From positions 96,001-160,000 of the forward strand of contig CAVQJC010000004.1 in NCBI GenBank assembly GCA_963712745.1: a stretch of DNA of 64,000 nt, in the 5' to 3' direction. Below the pieces are notes generated by a model that saw only the letters and a program-made list of their open reading frames with translations, did not search any database and had not been told where the DNA came from. Below are positions 45,757 through 58,220 of the stretch, one piece after another. Positions within the stretch are counted from its first letter, which is position 1; every line of letters starts with the position of its first letter. The translations under genes were made by a program, and so were the position numbers. This DNA comes from an uncultured Chloroflexia bacterium. Its GTDB lineage: Bacteria > Chloroflexota > Limnocylindria > Limnocylindrales > CSP1-4.

Positions 45757-46942
45757 TCAGGCCGCCTCGCCGGCGCGGCGAGCTGCCGCCGGCCCCGCGC
45801 CCCGTTCGACCATCAGGCCGACCGCGACGGCACCCGTCTCGATGATCTCGATGGCCTTGACGATGTCATCGACGCTCACGTCACCGAGATGTCCGATACG
45901 GAAGAGCTTGCCCTTCATCATCCCCTGGCCACCGGCCAACTGCAGCCCACCGGCTCGCAACTCGTTGTTGAAGGCGGACCAGTCCGTGCCCTCGGGCACG
46001 AGCGCCGAGGTGACGGTGTCGGAGGCATGGGCAGCGTCGGCGAAGAGGTCGAAACCCATGGCCTCGAGCCCCGCACGCGCAGCTGCGCCGCAGGCAGCGT
46101 GGCGAGCGTAGATGGCCTCCGGGCCTTCGGCCTCCATGAGCTTGAGCGCGGCGTCCAGCTGGAAGAAGATGCCCACCGCCGGCGTCCACGGGGTCTGCCC
46201 TTTCGGTAACGCCTCGCGGTGCTTCAGCAGGTCGAAGTAGAACCGCGGCATGGTCGCCGACGCGGCCGCCGCCCAGGCCCGCTCGGAGGCTGCGGCCATG
46301 GCCAGGCCGGGCGGGATCGATCCAGGCCTTCTGAGCCCCGGTCACCACGACGTCGAGATCCCACGCGTCCATCTCCGTGGGGATGGCACCGACCGCGCTC
46401 ACGCCGTCGACGAGGATGAGCGTCTCGGGAGCCTCGGCGCGGATGGTCGCGGCCAGCTCTGGTAGCGGGTTCGTGACTCCCGTGGAGGTCTCATTGAACG
46501 TGACCAGCACGGCCTTGGGGCTGTGTCCTTGGGCAGCCATGGCGCGGAGGGCGTCGCGGATGGCATCGGGATCGGCTGCCTGGCCCCACTCGAACTCGAG
46601 CATGGTCACGTCAGCTCCATAGGCCGTGGCGATCTTGGCGAAGCGCTCGCCGAAGTTGCCGATACTCACCGAGAGCACCGGGTCGCCCGGCGAGAGGAAG
46701 CTGACGATGGCCGCCTCCAGTCCGCCCGTGCCCGAGGAGGTCAGGATCATGACATCGCTGGTGGTCTGGAAGAATGGGCGCATCCCTTCGCTGCAGCGGG
46801 TCACCAGTTCCATGAACTCGGGACCACGGTGGCCCACCATCTGGAGCGAACCGGCTTGGCGGACGGCGTCCGGCAGGGGAGTCGGGCCGGGGATGCGGAG
46901 GTACTGGGGCGGCACGGAAGTCTCCTCGCTGGGCCTGGGCAT
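45757..46942 (-). CDS. Class V PLP aminotransferase (SerC-like function inferred); frameshift near 46319
   Basis: IPGPT, SSGTGGLE, NETSTG, VDGVS and GAQKAW in 45881..46942. Removing one base gives WMIPPGLA, continuing into 45757..46299 (QTPWTP, FRIGHLG). Confidence 0.88.
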
Positions 46943-47017
46943 GATGGGTCGGCGTTGGTCTGGACTGGATGCCTAGATGGTAGCCGTCAGCGATGCGCGG
47001 CGCACTAGACTCGGCGG

Positions 47018-48403
47018 ATGACCCCCGCCCGATCCGACCCGCACTCTGCTGTGCGTCCCGAAGCCCTGTCACTGCCGGTCGAGACCGGGCACGTGCCGCT
47101 CGCCGCGCGCATGCGCCCGGTCACGCTCGAGGACGTGGTCGGCCAGGAGCCCCTGGTGGGGCGCAGCGGCGCCCTGCGCCGTATGGTCGAGCGCGGGCGA
47201 CTGGTTTCGATGGTGCTGTGGGGGCCGCCGGGCGTGGGCAAGACGACCCTGGCCAGGCTGGCCGCCAAGGCGGTCGATGCGCCGATGGAGACGCTGTCGG
47301 CCACATCGAGCGGCGTCAAGGACGTGCGCACGGTGGTGGCCCAGGCCCGCGACTGGGCCGGGCGCGGTGGCGGCTCCACCGTGCTCTTCATCGACGAGAT
47401 CCACCGTTTCAATAAGGCCCAGCAAGACGCGCTGCTGCCGCATGTCGAGGAGGGTGTGGTCACGCTCATCGGGGCTACCACCGAGAACCCCTACTTCGAG
47501 GTCAACTCGGCCCTGCTCTCGCGACTGCGCGTCTTCCGCCTCGAGCTCCTTTCCGACGAGGACCTCGGCGCCATCGTCGATCGGGCCCTGGCCAGCCAGC
47601 GAGGGCTCGGCGGGCGGGTCACGCTCGCGGCCGATGCTCGCGAGCACCTCATCGCCATCAGCGCGGGAGACGCGCGCGCAGTGCTCAACATCCTGGAGTC
47701 GGCAGCATCGATGGCGGGCGCCGACGACCCCCAGTCCCCGACCCCGGTCTCGCCCACCCTGGAGGACATCGAGACCGCCGCCCAGCAACGTGTGCTCGCC
47801 TACGACCGCGCCGGCGACGGGCACTACGGCACGGTCTCGGCCTTCATCAAGTCGGTGCGAGGGAACGACCCTGACGCGGCGCTCTACTGGCTGGCCACGA
47901 TGGTGGCAGCGGGGGAGGATCCCAAGTTCATCGCCCGGCGGCTCTTCATCTCGGCCAGCGAGGACGTGGGCAATGCTGACCCTCGGGCTCTACAGATCGC
48001 GATGGCCGCTGCGCAGGCGGTCGACTGGGTGGGGCTGCCGGAGTGCCAATACGCCTTGGCCCAAGCCGCCGTGTACATCGCCACAGCGCCCAAGTCGAAC
48101 CGCTCCGGACAGGCGTACTGGGCTGCGATGGAGGACGTGCGCAAGTATGGCTCTCTGCCGGTCCCGAAGCACCTACTGAATGCGCCGCACCGAGGGATGC
48201 GCAGCCACGGTATCGGCGTCGGCTACAAGCTGCCGCACGACTACGAGGGTGCCGATGTCGACCAGCAGTATCTGCCTGCCGAGTTGGTCGGCAGGCGCTA
48301 CTACGAGCCTTCGGACCAGGGCTGGGAGGCTCGCATCCGCGAGCGGATGGACGGGCTGATGGCAGCGAGAGAGAAGGGGAGTCGGAAACGGTCCACGCGG
48401 TAA
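47018..48403 (+). CDS. rarA: Replication-associated recombination protein A (MgsA)
   Basis: PLAARMRP, GPPGVGKTT, IDEIHRFNKAQQD, SAFIKS.RG.DPDA and ASEDVG.ADP. Confidence 0.96.
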   Translation: MTPARSDPHSAVRPEALSLPVETGHVPLAARMRPVTLEDVVGQEPLVGRSGALRRMVERGRLVSMVLWGPPGVGKTTLARLAAKAVDAPMETLSATSSGVKDVRTVVAQARDWAGRGGGSTVLFIDEIHRFNKAQQDALLPHVEEGVVTLIGATTENPYFEVNSALLSRLRVFRLELLSDEDLGAIVDRALASQRGLGGRVTLAADAREHLIAISAGDARAVLNILESAASMAGADDPQSPTPVSPTLEDIETAAQQRVLAYDRAGDGHYGTVSAFIKSVRGNDPDAALYWLATMVAAGEDPKFIARRLFISASEDVGNADPRALQIAMAAAQAVDWVGLPECQYALAQAAVYIATAPKSNRSGQAYWAAMEDVRKYGSLPVPKHLLNAPHRGMRSHGIGVGYKLPHDYEGADVDQQYLPAELVGRRYYEPSDQGWEARIRERMDGLMAAREKGSRKRSTR

Positions 48404-48429
48404 GGCCGAGTACCCCGATCGGCTCGGGT

Positions 48430-48652
48430 GCTCGCATGGGTGCAGCGCAGGTAAGGCGTGTGCCAGCAGCGCGTCCCGCAGCACCGCCGCGTCGTCCTCG
48501 CTCGACAACGCCAGCTGCCGCGACACCTGCTCGCCCTGCGGTGTGAGCGTGTAGATCGGCTCGCCGTCCTCGCGCGTCGTGACGGTGATGAGGCCGGCGC
48601 GCTCGAGCTCGGCCACGATGGCGTTGGTCTCCTCGATGTGCTGGTCGGTCAT
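48430..48652 (-). CDS. Small winged-helix-like hypothetical protein (3' end uncertain)
   Basis: ELERAGLI…YTLTPQG pattern; TACCCT 6 nt upstream of ATG. The frame runs on antisense into rarA until 48173. Confidence 0.45.
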
Positions 48653-48880
48653 GGCGAGAGGGTAGCGGGGTCCACTCGTATCAGGCCCGCCCTGATTGCC
48701 AGCGACGGGAGAATCTCAGTACGTGGTCGCGCCGTGCGTGCCGAGTGGCCACCTCCGGTGCAGGAACGCGCGCTATCGTCGCTCGTGATCGTCCTCGGCG
48801 GCGGCCGACAGAAGTCGGCGGACTGCAGTCGGCGCAGGCCCTAGACTCTGGCCAAGCACCAGCACTAAGGAAGACACCGC

Positions 48881-49156
48881 ATGGGAACCATCTCGCTCCT
48901 CCTGGCCTTCACCGTCATCGCGCTCGTCGCAGGTTTCGTAGCCAACCTCCTGGTGGGCAAGAACAAGGGCTTCCAGAACTGGGAGCTGTTCGTGGCCGGC
49001 ATCATCGGCTCGTTCGTCGGCGGCGCCATCCTCAATCTGCTCATCAACGGCAACCTCGACTTCCAGATCAGTGGCCTGCTTGGCTCGATCCTCGGCGCCA
49101 TCGTGGTGCTGGCCATCTGGGGCTGGCTGCGTGTGAACGTCCTCAAGACGAAGTAG
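48881..49156 (+). CDS. GlsB/YeaQ/YmgE family small membrane protein
   Basis: Three TM helices; GIIGSFVGG…GSILGAIVVL. Confidence 0.85.
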   Translation: MGTISLLLAFTVIALVAGFVANLLVGKNKGFQNWELFVAGIIGSFVGGAILNLLINGNLDFQISGLLGSILGAIVVLAIWGWLRVNVLKTK

Positions 49157-49186
49157 CAAGGCGGACACTGACGGGCCCCGGAATCT

Positions 49187-49216
49187 GAACGACCGGGTCA
49201 ACCGACCCGGTCGTTC
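49187..49216. terminator. Hairpin between convergent genes
   Basis: gaacgaccgggtc-aacc-gacccggtcgttc, 13-bp stem. Confidence 0.7.
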
Positions 49217-49236
49217 TGTCATGCCTGAGCGGCGGG

Positions 49237-49665
49237 CTAGTAGAGGCTGAGGACGTCCAGCGCGACGAACACCACCCAGGCGAGCGCGAGGGCGATGATC
49301 AGGATCAGCGAGACCACGCCGATGCGGCGGATGTCCTCACGCACCCAGACGTCCTCGGCGGCCGCACGCGCGGCGAGGTCGGCCGGGCGCGACTTGGCCT
49401 GGCGCTGGGCTCGCCGGCGCCTCTTGCTCTCGACTGGCGCCGGCGCCGGTGCAGGAGCCGTGGTCGCGGCCACGGCTGAGGCGGCGATCTCGTCGACTTC
49501 GACCTCGCTGTAGCTGGCGTCGATGGGCTCGAGATCGAGAGTGGCCCCTTCCCGCGCAGCGTCTTCGGCCGGACTGGTCGACCCATCCGCCGTCTTCCTG
49601 CTGCGAGTGGGCCCCTTGCCACCGGGTAGGTGGGTGGAGCGGCTGCCGCGAACCCGCTTGGCCAC
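49237..49665 (-). CDS. Hypothetical protein with C-terminal TM anchor
   Basis: GAGGAG RBS before GTG; basic and acidic disordered region, then WVREDIRRIG and a TM helix. Confidence 0.7.
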   Translation of the reverse strand: MAKRVRGSRSTHLPGGKGPTRSRKTADGSTSPAEDAAREGATLDLEPIDASYSEVEVDEIAASAVAATTAPAPAPAPVESKRRRRAQRQAKSRPADLAARAAAEDVWVREDIRRIGVVSLILIIALALAWVVFVALDVLSLY

Positions 49666-49758
49666 GTGATCTCCTCGTCCTGTTGTTGTGAGAACCGGAG
49701 TCGAGGATAGCATCGGGTCCGGCCACAGCGCCGCCGCGACCGCTGCTACGATCGAGAC

Positions 49759-50247
49759 ATGGAGGCGATCGCGCTCATCCTGGCCCTGGCTGCCCTCGTC
49801 CTGGCGGGTGTGGCGGTGGTCCTGGTACTGCGTTTGCGGCGTGGTTCGGGCGAGCTCTCCCCGGGGGGTGGCCGGACACATGACCTCGAGCGGTACGCCA
49901 GCCAGCTCGGACAGCGGATCGGCACCGTGGAGGCGGAGATGGACGCCGTGCGGCGCGGGACCATGCCAGAGGCAGCCATGGTGGCCAGCCCCCTGCCCCG
50001 CGGCACAGCGGCGATCTCGCGTATCGGCCTCATCCGGTTCGATGCCTTCGAAGACGCGGGCGGCGCACAGTCGTTCGCACTCGCCCTCGTCGACGATGAC
50101 GGGGACGGCATCGTCCTGACCAGCCTGCACTCGCGGCCGACGACCCGGGTATACGTCAAGACCATCCGACGCGGTGTGGCCGACTCCCCGCTCTCAGGCG
50201 AGGAGGAACGGGCACTGCGGGATGCCGGGATCACACCGACCGTGTGA
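49759..50247 (+). CDS. DUF4446 family protein
   Basis: N-terminal TM, coiled coil, RFDAFED.GG.QSFALAL.D..GDG.VLTS…YVK…LS.EE. Confidence 0.85.
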   Translation: MEAIALILALAALVLAGVAVVLVLRLRRGSGELSPGGGRTHDLERYASQLGQRIGTVEAEMDAVRRGTMPEAAMVASPLPRGTAAISRIGLIRFDAFEDAGGAQSFALALVDDDGDGIVLTSLHSRPTTRVYVKTIRRGVADSPLSGEEERALRDAGITPTV

Positions 50248-50285
50248 CACGGTAGCTGTCACGAGCCGGCCCGACGATGGGCCAG

Positions 50286-53200
50286 ATGACAGCCATCCGC
50301 CCATCTCTGCCCTCGTCAAGCGAGGTTGCGCGACCAGGTTCCAGCCCCCTCGGGCCAGTCGTGATCGATGGCGTCCGACAGCTGCTTGCGGGACTCGATC
50401 GGCGGCAGCGACAGGCCGTGACGCACGGTGAAGGGCCCCTCCTGGTCGTGGCCGGCCCCGGCACGGGCAAGACCGAGGTCATCACCAGGCGGATAGCCTG
50501 GCTCATCGCGAGCAAGCGAGCGCGCCCTTCGGAGATCCTGGCTCTCACCTTCACCGAGAGAGCGGCGGACGAGATGCAGGCCCGGGTCGATGTGCTCGTG
50601 CCCTACGGGCAGGCGGACACGGCCATCTCCACGTTCCATGCCTTCGGTGATTGGCTCCTGCGCGAGCATGGTCACCAGATCGGGCGTCCGGACGACCCGC
50701 GTGTCATCGGACGTTCGCATGCCCTGGTGCTGCTGCGCGACAACGTGTTCGACCTCGGCCTGGAGCGTTTCCTGCCACTGGGTGACCCGACCAGGTTCCT
50801 GGGGGCTCTCGTCGACCTCTTTGGTCGAGCCAAGGAGGAAGGCGTCTCGCCGGACGAGCTCGACGCGTACGCCGTCGAACTCGAGGCCGGGGCGCAAGCG
50901 GCGCTGGCCGGCGCGGAGCGCGGCCAGGCCCGTGAGGCTCTCGAGGCACTGCTTGACGAAGCTGCCGTCCAGGCGGAGCTGGCTCGAGCCTACCGTGCCT
51001 ACCAGCAACTGCTCATCGAGCATTCCCTCGTCGACCATGGGGACCAGGTGGCAGAAGCCGTACGCCTGCTCGACGAGCGTGCCGTGGTGCGGCTGACCCT
51101 ACGCCGCCGGTTCCGCTACGTCGTGGTGGACGAGGCCCAGGACGCCAATCCCCAGCAACTGCGCCTGGTAAGGCAGTTGGTGGGCAGCGCCGGCAACGTC
51201 ACCTTCGTCGGCGACGACGACCAGGCCATCTACTCGTTCCGCGGAGCGGTAGGGCAGGGGCTGGCCGCGCTGGACGGGAGCTACGACTCGGTCAGGGAGG
51301 TCGTGCTGCGACGCAACTACCGCTCCCGAAAGCCCATCCTCGAGGCTGCCCGACGCCTCATCCGCCACAACGATCCTGAGCGTCTCGAGGTGCAGCGCGG
51401 GTTGGACAAGACGCTGACCGCGGTGCGCCGCTCCCGTCGGCCGGCGATGGTGACGCACCGTGTCTACCGCACCCCGGCCGACGAGGCTGATGCGGTGGCC
51501 GCTGACATCAGGCAACGCCTGGATGGGGGGAAGCCGCCGGACTCGATAGCTGTTCTGGTGCGTACCAATGCCGACGCGGGCCCGGTCCTGGCCAGCCTCG
51601 ACGTCCTGGGCATCCCGCGCCGTTTCTCTGGTGCATCGGGCCTGCTTGGGCATCGCGAGGTCCGCGACGTGGTGAGCCTGCTGCGAGCAATCGCGGCACC
51701 GGATTCATCGGAGGACCTGTACGCGCTCCTGACATCAGCGCCATACGGACTCGGCGGAGAGGACCTCACGCTCATCTGCGACACCGCCAATCGCCGTCAC
51801 CGAAGCCTCTGGGCGGTGGTCAGCGAACTCGTCGAGCAGCCTGGTCTCATGCGCCTCTCGGCTGACACCCGGAAGTGTTTGCAGCGGGCCGTTTCGGACC
51901 TGCGCCACTCGATGTCACTGGCCCACGAGCGCCCGGCGCCCATCGTCATGTACGAGCACCTGGGCCGCAGCGGCTGGCTCAAACAGCTCGTCGCCCAGGC
52001 TGAGCGGGGTGACGACGGCCCGCTCCGCCGGGTGGCCCGTCTGTTCGAGATCGTCAAGGAGCAGGCAGACATCATGCGTGACCCCCGGGTTGCATCGGTG
52101 GTGCCAGCCCTGCGCGCATTGCTCGATGCCGGCCACGACCCGGTCACGCCTGACGCCCACGAGCTCGGCGCCTCGGTCTCGGTGCTGACCGTGCATCAGG
52201 CCAAGGGGCTCGAGTTCGAGGTCGTCTACGTCGTGGGCGTGGCAGAAGGCCGCTTCCCGCTGCGTGCCCGACGAGACACGCTCTCCCTGCCCGCCGCCCT
52301 GTGCGAGCTCAGCGGCTCTGACGACCCCGACACTCACCGTCGCGAGGAGCGGCGCCTGTTCTACGTGGCCATGACCCGCGCTCGCGACGAGCTGCAGCTC
52401 AGCCACGCCTCGGCAGGACGCGACAACGGGCGCCGCCGGAGACCTTCGCAGTTTCTCGCCGAGGCCCTGGGCTACGAGGTCGAGGCCAGGCCGGAAGCTG
52501 CGGCACTGACGATGCTGGAGCCGCCCACCGAGCCGGCTCGGAGCGCCGGCGCGGAGACGGCCCGGGGAGCCGACGACGCGCTCACGCTCAGCTTCACGCA
52601 GGTCGACGACTACCTTTCCTGCCCGCTCAAGTACCGCCTCCGTCACGTGCTGCACGTCCCGACCCCGCCTCACCATGCTCTGGTCTTCGGCAATGCCATC
52701 CACCAGGCAGTGGCGGTCGCCAACAAGGCCCGCCAGCGGGGCGAGATCGTCCGCCTGGAGGTGCTGGAGGAGACCCTGGGACTGCACTGGCGGGGCGAGG
52801 GCTTCCTGTCAGCGGAGCACGAGGCCGCTCGCCTCGAAGCCGGCCAGGCGGCGTTGGCCCGGTTCAGGGAGCGCCTCGCCGGCGCGGTCGACGAGGTCGT
52901 GGCGGTCGAGCAGCCGTTCTCGGTGCGTATCGGCAGGGACCGGGTCCGCGGCCGATACGACCTGGTCAGGCGCACCGACTCGGGCATCGTCGTCACCGAC
53001 TACAAGTCCGGCGACATACGCGACCCGGACCGCGCCCGGCAGCGTGCCCGCAATTCACTGCAATTGCGGATCTACGCGCTCGCCTGGGAGGCAGAGCACG
53101 GGGAGCTACCGGACGCGGTCGAGCTGCATTTCCTGGAGGGCGGCGTGGTCGGTCGTGTCAGCCCAACGGCCCGGCAGCTCGAGGCCGCCCGGCAGAAGGT

Positions 53201-53306
53201 GGAGACTGCTGCCACCGGCATCCGTGCCGCTGGGTTCGAGGCCAGCCCCGGCTACCCGGCCTGCGATTGGTGTCCGTACCGGCGGATCTGCCCGGCCGCG
53301 CCCTGA
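50286..53306 (+). CDS. UvrD/PcrA SF1 helicase fused to a C-terminal PD-(D/E)XK nuclease with four Cys (AdnAB/AddAB-like)
   Basis: AGPGTGKT, DEAQD, GDDDQAIYSFRGA, NYRS, HQAKGLEF and EERRLFYVAMTRA; nuclease GRYD…DYKSG; CPLKY…CDWCPY..IC. Confidence 0.92.
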   Translation: MTAIRPSLPSSSEVARPGSSPLGPVVIDGVRQLLAGLDRRQRQAVTHGEGPLLVVAGPGTGKTEVITRRIAWLIASKRARPSEILALTFTERAADEMQARVDVLVPYGQADTAISTFHAFGDWLLREHGHQIGRPDDPRVIGRSHALVLLRDNVFDLGLERFLPLGDPTRFLGALVDLFGRAKEEGVSPDELDAYAVELEAGAQAALAGAERGQAREALEALLDEAAVQAELARAYRAYQQLLIEHSLVDHGDQVAEAVRLLDERAVVRLTLRRRFRYVVVDEAQDANPQQLRLVRQLVGSAGNVTFVGDDDQAIYSFRGAVGQGLAALDGSYDSVREVVLRRNYRSRKPILEAARRLIRHNDPERLEVQRGLDKTLTAVRRSRRPAMVTHRVYRTPADEADAVAADIRQRLDGGKPPDSIAVLVRTNADAGPVLASLDVLGIPRRFSGASGLLGHREVRDVVSLLRAIAAPDSSEDLYALLTSAPYGLGGEDLTLICDTANRRHRSLWAVVSELVEQPGLMRLSADTRKCLQRAVSDLRHSMSLAHERPAPIVMYEHLGRSGWLKQLVAQAERGDDGPLRRVARLFEIVKEQADIMRDPRVASVVPALRALLDAGHDPVTPDAHELGASVSVLTVHQAKGLEFEVVYVVGVAEGRFPLRARRDTLSLPAALCELSGSDDPDTHRREERRLFYVAMTRARDELQLSHASAGRDNGRRRRPSQFLAEALGYEVEARPEAAALTMLEPPTEPARSAGAETARGADDALTLSFTQVDDYLSCPLKYRLRHVLHVPTPPHHALVFGNAIHQAVAVANKARQRGEIVRLEVLEETLGLHWRGEGFLSAEHEAARLEAGQAALARFRERLAGAVDEVVAVEQPFSVRIGRDRVRGRYDLVRRTDSGIVVTDYKSGDIRDPDRARQRARNSLQLRIYALAWEAEHGELPDAVELHFLEGGVVGRVSPTARQLEAARQKVETAATGIRAAGFEASPGYPACDWCPYRRICPAAP

Positions 53307-53329
53307 GGCAGCGGGCTACACTCCGGCCG

Positions 53330-53686
53330 GTGTCTGCCCGAGATCGCACGGTCACGCTCATCCTCGTCGGTGCTGCCATCGCGGCCTGGTTCGTGGTCGC
53401 CATCGTGTTCACGATGATCTCGCCCGAGGATGACGCGGGGGCCCAGCTGCTCGGCGCTCTCGCGCTGGGCTCGGCCGTCGGCCTGACCCTTTGGCCACTG
53501 CTCTGGTCAGCCAGCCGGCAGGTCCCGGGAGGCATCACCACCTCTGCCCGCCGTAGCGCACTCGCGGGATTGGTCGTTTCCGTCCTGGTGGTGCTGCGGG
53601 CCATCGATGTGGTGGCGCTACCGCTGCTCATCTTCATCGTGGTGGCAGCGGTGCTGGTGGAGGTCGCCTTCATGCTCCGGCGCTAG
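53330..53686 (+). CDS. Small four-TM membrane protein
   Basis: Hydrophobic ORF; TACACT 7 nt upstream of GTG. Confidence 0.7.
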   Translation: MSARDRTVTLILVGAAIAAWFVVAIVFTMISPEDDAGAQLLGALALGSAVGLTLWPLLWSASRQVPGGITTSARRSALAGLVVSVLVVLRAIDVVALPLLIFIVVAAVLVEVAFMLRR

Positions 53687-53781
53687 GACGAGGCCCCATG
53701 AGTGGGGCCCTCACCGCGCGCCAAGACACCCCGGACGCGGGGACCTGCGCCCGCGAGGAATGGAAGCCGCGAGGCCCTCGG

Positions 53782-56169
<2,388 letters not shown>

Positions 56170-56375
56170 GGTGTCTCCGTCTGTGGGGCGCGATCGCCTT
56201 CGTCGGGCAGGGCCCGTCCTCGCGGTCTCCGTCCGCCTCTCCCGGCTCGACCGGACCAGCTACGAGAAGTATGTCTGGTTCTGCTGCGTCGGCACGCTCG
56301 CCGCAGCACCGGACTGGGCAGCCGCCGCGCGCGACCGGGAGCGAGCGCACAATGGAAAGACCATGGACCTGACCG

Positions 56376-57422
56376 ATGCCTGAGGCCCGACCCGACTTCG
56401 CCGCCATCAACGGTTGGGACGCCCGATTCCCCCGCTTCAGCGAGGACGACCGGCCCACCTACCTGGGCTCGACGACCTTCGGGAAGCGACCGCTCATCGA
56501 GACCGCCGAGGGGCTGCGTGCGCGCGGGCCGGACGTCGCCGTCGTGGGCGCTCCATTCGACGACGCGGTCAGCCATCGCCCGGGTGCTCGCTTCGGGCCC
56601 CGCGCCATCCGGGCGGGGACCTACCAGGCTGGCGCCCAGTCGCTGCAACTGGACGTCGACGTCTGGGAGCGATTGGACGTGGTGGACGCCGGTGACGCCG
56701 ATATCGTGCCGGCCTGGCTCGACCGCGGGCACGCCGTGATCTTCGAGAAGGTCCTCGAGGTCGCCGCCAGTGGAGCGGTGCCCATCATCCTCGGTGGCGA
56801 CCACTCCATCACCTGGCCCGCTGCCAGCGCCGTGGCCCAGGTCCAGGCGCCACGCTCGATCGGCATCGTCCATTTCGACGCCCACGCCGACACGGCCGAA
56901 AGCTCGTGGGGTGTGCTGGCCGGGCACGGGACGCCCATGCGCCGGCTCATCGAGTCCGGGGCGGTGGCCGGGCACAACTTCGTCCAGGTCGGCCTGCGGG
57001 GCTACTGGCCGCCACGGGACGTCCTCGACTGGATGGCCGAGCAGGGCATGCGCTGGCACCTCATGCGGGAGATCGAGGAACGCGGCGCGGAGGCGGTCAT
57101 CGACGACGCCATCGCCGAGGCGCTCGACGGACCGGGACTCATCTACCTCTCGATCGACATAGATGTGCTCGACCCGGCCATGGCCCCCGGGACCGGCACG
57201 CCCGAGCCCGGTGGCCTGCTCACGCGCGAACTACTGCGCGCCGTTCGGCGCATCGTCGGCTCGGTGAGACTCGCGGGCATGGACATCGTGGAAGTGGCAC
57301 CCCCCTTCGACCACGCCGAGGTCACGGCCATGGCTGCCCATCGTGTGGCCATGGAGGCGCTGAGCGCGCTGGCCGTCCGGAAGCGGGCGGGACAGCCGGT
57401 GCGGTTCGGGCCCGCCGCATGA
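56376..57422 (+). CDS. speB: Agmatinase / ureohydrolase family
   Basis: GARFGP, GGDHS, DAHAD and SIDIDVLDP..APGTGTPEPGG. Confidence 0.88.
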   Translation: MPEARPDFAAINGWDARFPRFSEDDRPTYLGSTTFGKRPLIETAEGLRARGPDVAVVGAPFDDAVSHRPGARFGPRAIRAGTYQAGAQSLQLDVDVWERLDVVDAGDADIVPAWLDRGHAVIFEKVLEVAASGAVPIILGGDHSITWPAASAVAQVQAPRSIGIVHFDAHADTAESSWGVLAGHGTPMRRLIESGAVAGHNFVQVGLRGYWPPRDVLDWMAEQGMRWHLMREIEERGAEAVIDDAIAEALDGPGLIYLSIDIDVLDPAMAPGTGTPEPGGLLTRELLRAVRRIVGSVRLAGMDIVEVAPPFDHAEVTAMAAHRVAMEALSALAVRKRAGQPVRFGPAA

Positions 57423-58213
57423 GCGCGGCCATCGGCGCGGCCGAGCGGGCAGAACGCCTGGCCCGCTACTACGACCTTGACTTCCTCGACATCTCCTACG
57501 ATGCCGAGCTCTACCAGCAGCTGACCCAGGAGGCCGGTGGACCGGTGCTCGAGCTAGGCACTGGCAGTGGGCGGTTGGCCATCCCGCTGGCGCTGGCAGG
57601 TCATGAGGTCGTGGGGGTCGATCTCGACCCAGCCATGCTCGCACGGGCCCGGGCGGCCTGGGCCGAGGCTCGCGGCCGTCTGGACCCCACCCGCTTCACC
57701 GCCGTCGAAGGCGACTTCATCAACCTTCGCACCGAGCCTCGTTTCGGGCTCACGCTCATCGCGGTCAACACCTTCCTGCTGGCCGAGGACGACGCGGCCC
57801 GCCTGGCCATCCTGACCACGATGCGCGAGTCGTTGCGGCCGGGAGGCCTGGCCGCCATCGAGGTCGGCACTCCAGACCAGGCTGAGCTGGCGCGCTATGA
57901 CCGCCGCCTCCAGCAGGAGTGGCTGCGCACCGACCCGGTCACCGGTGACGAGGTCACCAAGTCCATCAGCGCACGTCACGACCCGGAGGCAGGCACCATG
58001 GAGCTGACCCAGATCTACGAGTGGACACCGGCCCACGGCGGTCCGCTGTCGCGCGTGGTCAAGACCGATTTGCTCCATCTCATCAGCGCGGAACACCTCG
58101 CTGAGCTGGTCCAGGAGGCGGGCTTCGGGCAGGTCGACCTGTGGGGGGACCATCTGCTTACCCCCTATGGTGCCGGAAGTCACCGGGCCATCTGTGTCGC
58201 GCGATTGGTATAG
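57419..58213 (+). CDS. Class I SAM-dependent methyltransferase
   Basis: VLELGTGSGR, GVDLDPAML and LRPGG. Confidence 0.88.
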   Translation: MSAAIGAAERAERLARYYDLDFLDISYDAELYQQLTQEAGGPVLELGTGSGRLAIPLALAGHEVVGVDLDPAMLARARAAWAEARGRLDPTRFTAVEGDFINLRTEPRFGLTLIAVNTFLLAEDDAARLAILTTMRESLRPGGLAAIEVGTPDQAELARYDRRLQQEWLRTDPVTGDEVTKSISARHDPEAGTMELTQIYEWTPAHGGPLSRVVKTDLLHLISAEHLAELVQEAGFGQVDLWGDHLLTPYGAGSHRAICVARLV

Positions 58214-58220
58214 TCCCGCC

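Noticed and set aside
52580-53306. Cas4 / CRISPR adaptation gene
   Set aside because: The Cas4-like Cys/PD-(D/E)XK domain is fused to a UvrD helicase, and no cas1, cas2 or array is present.
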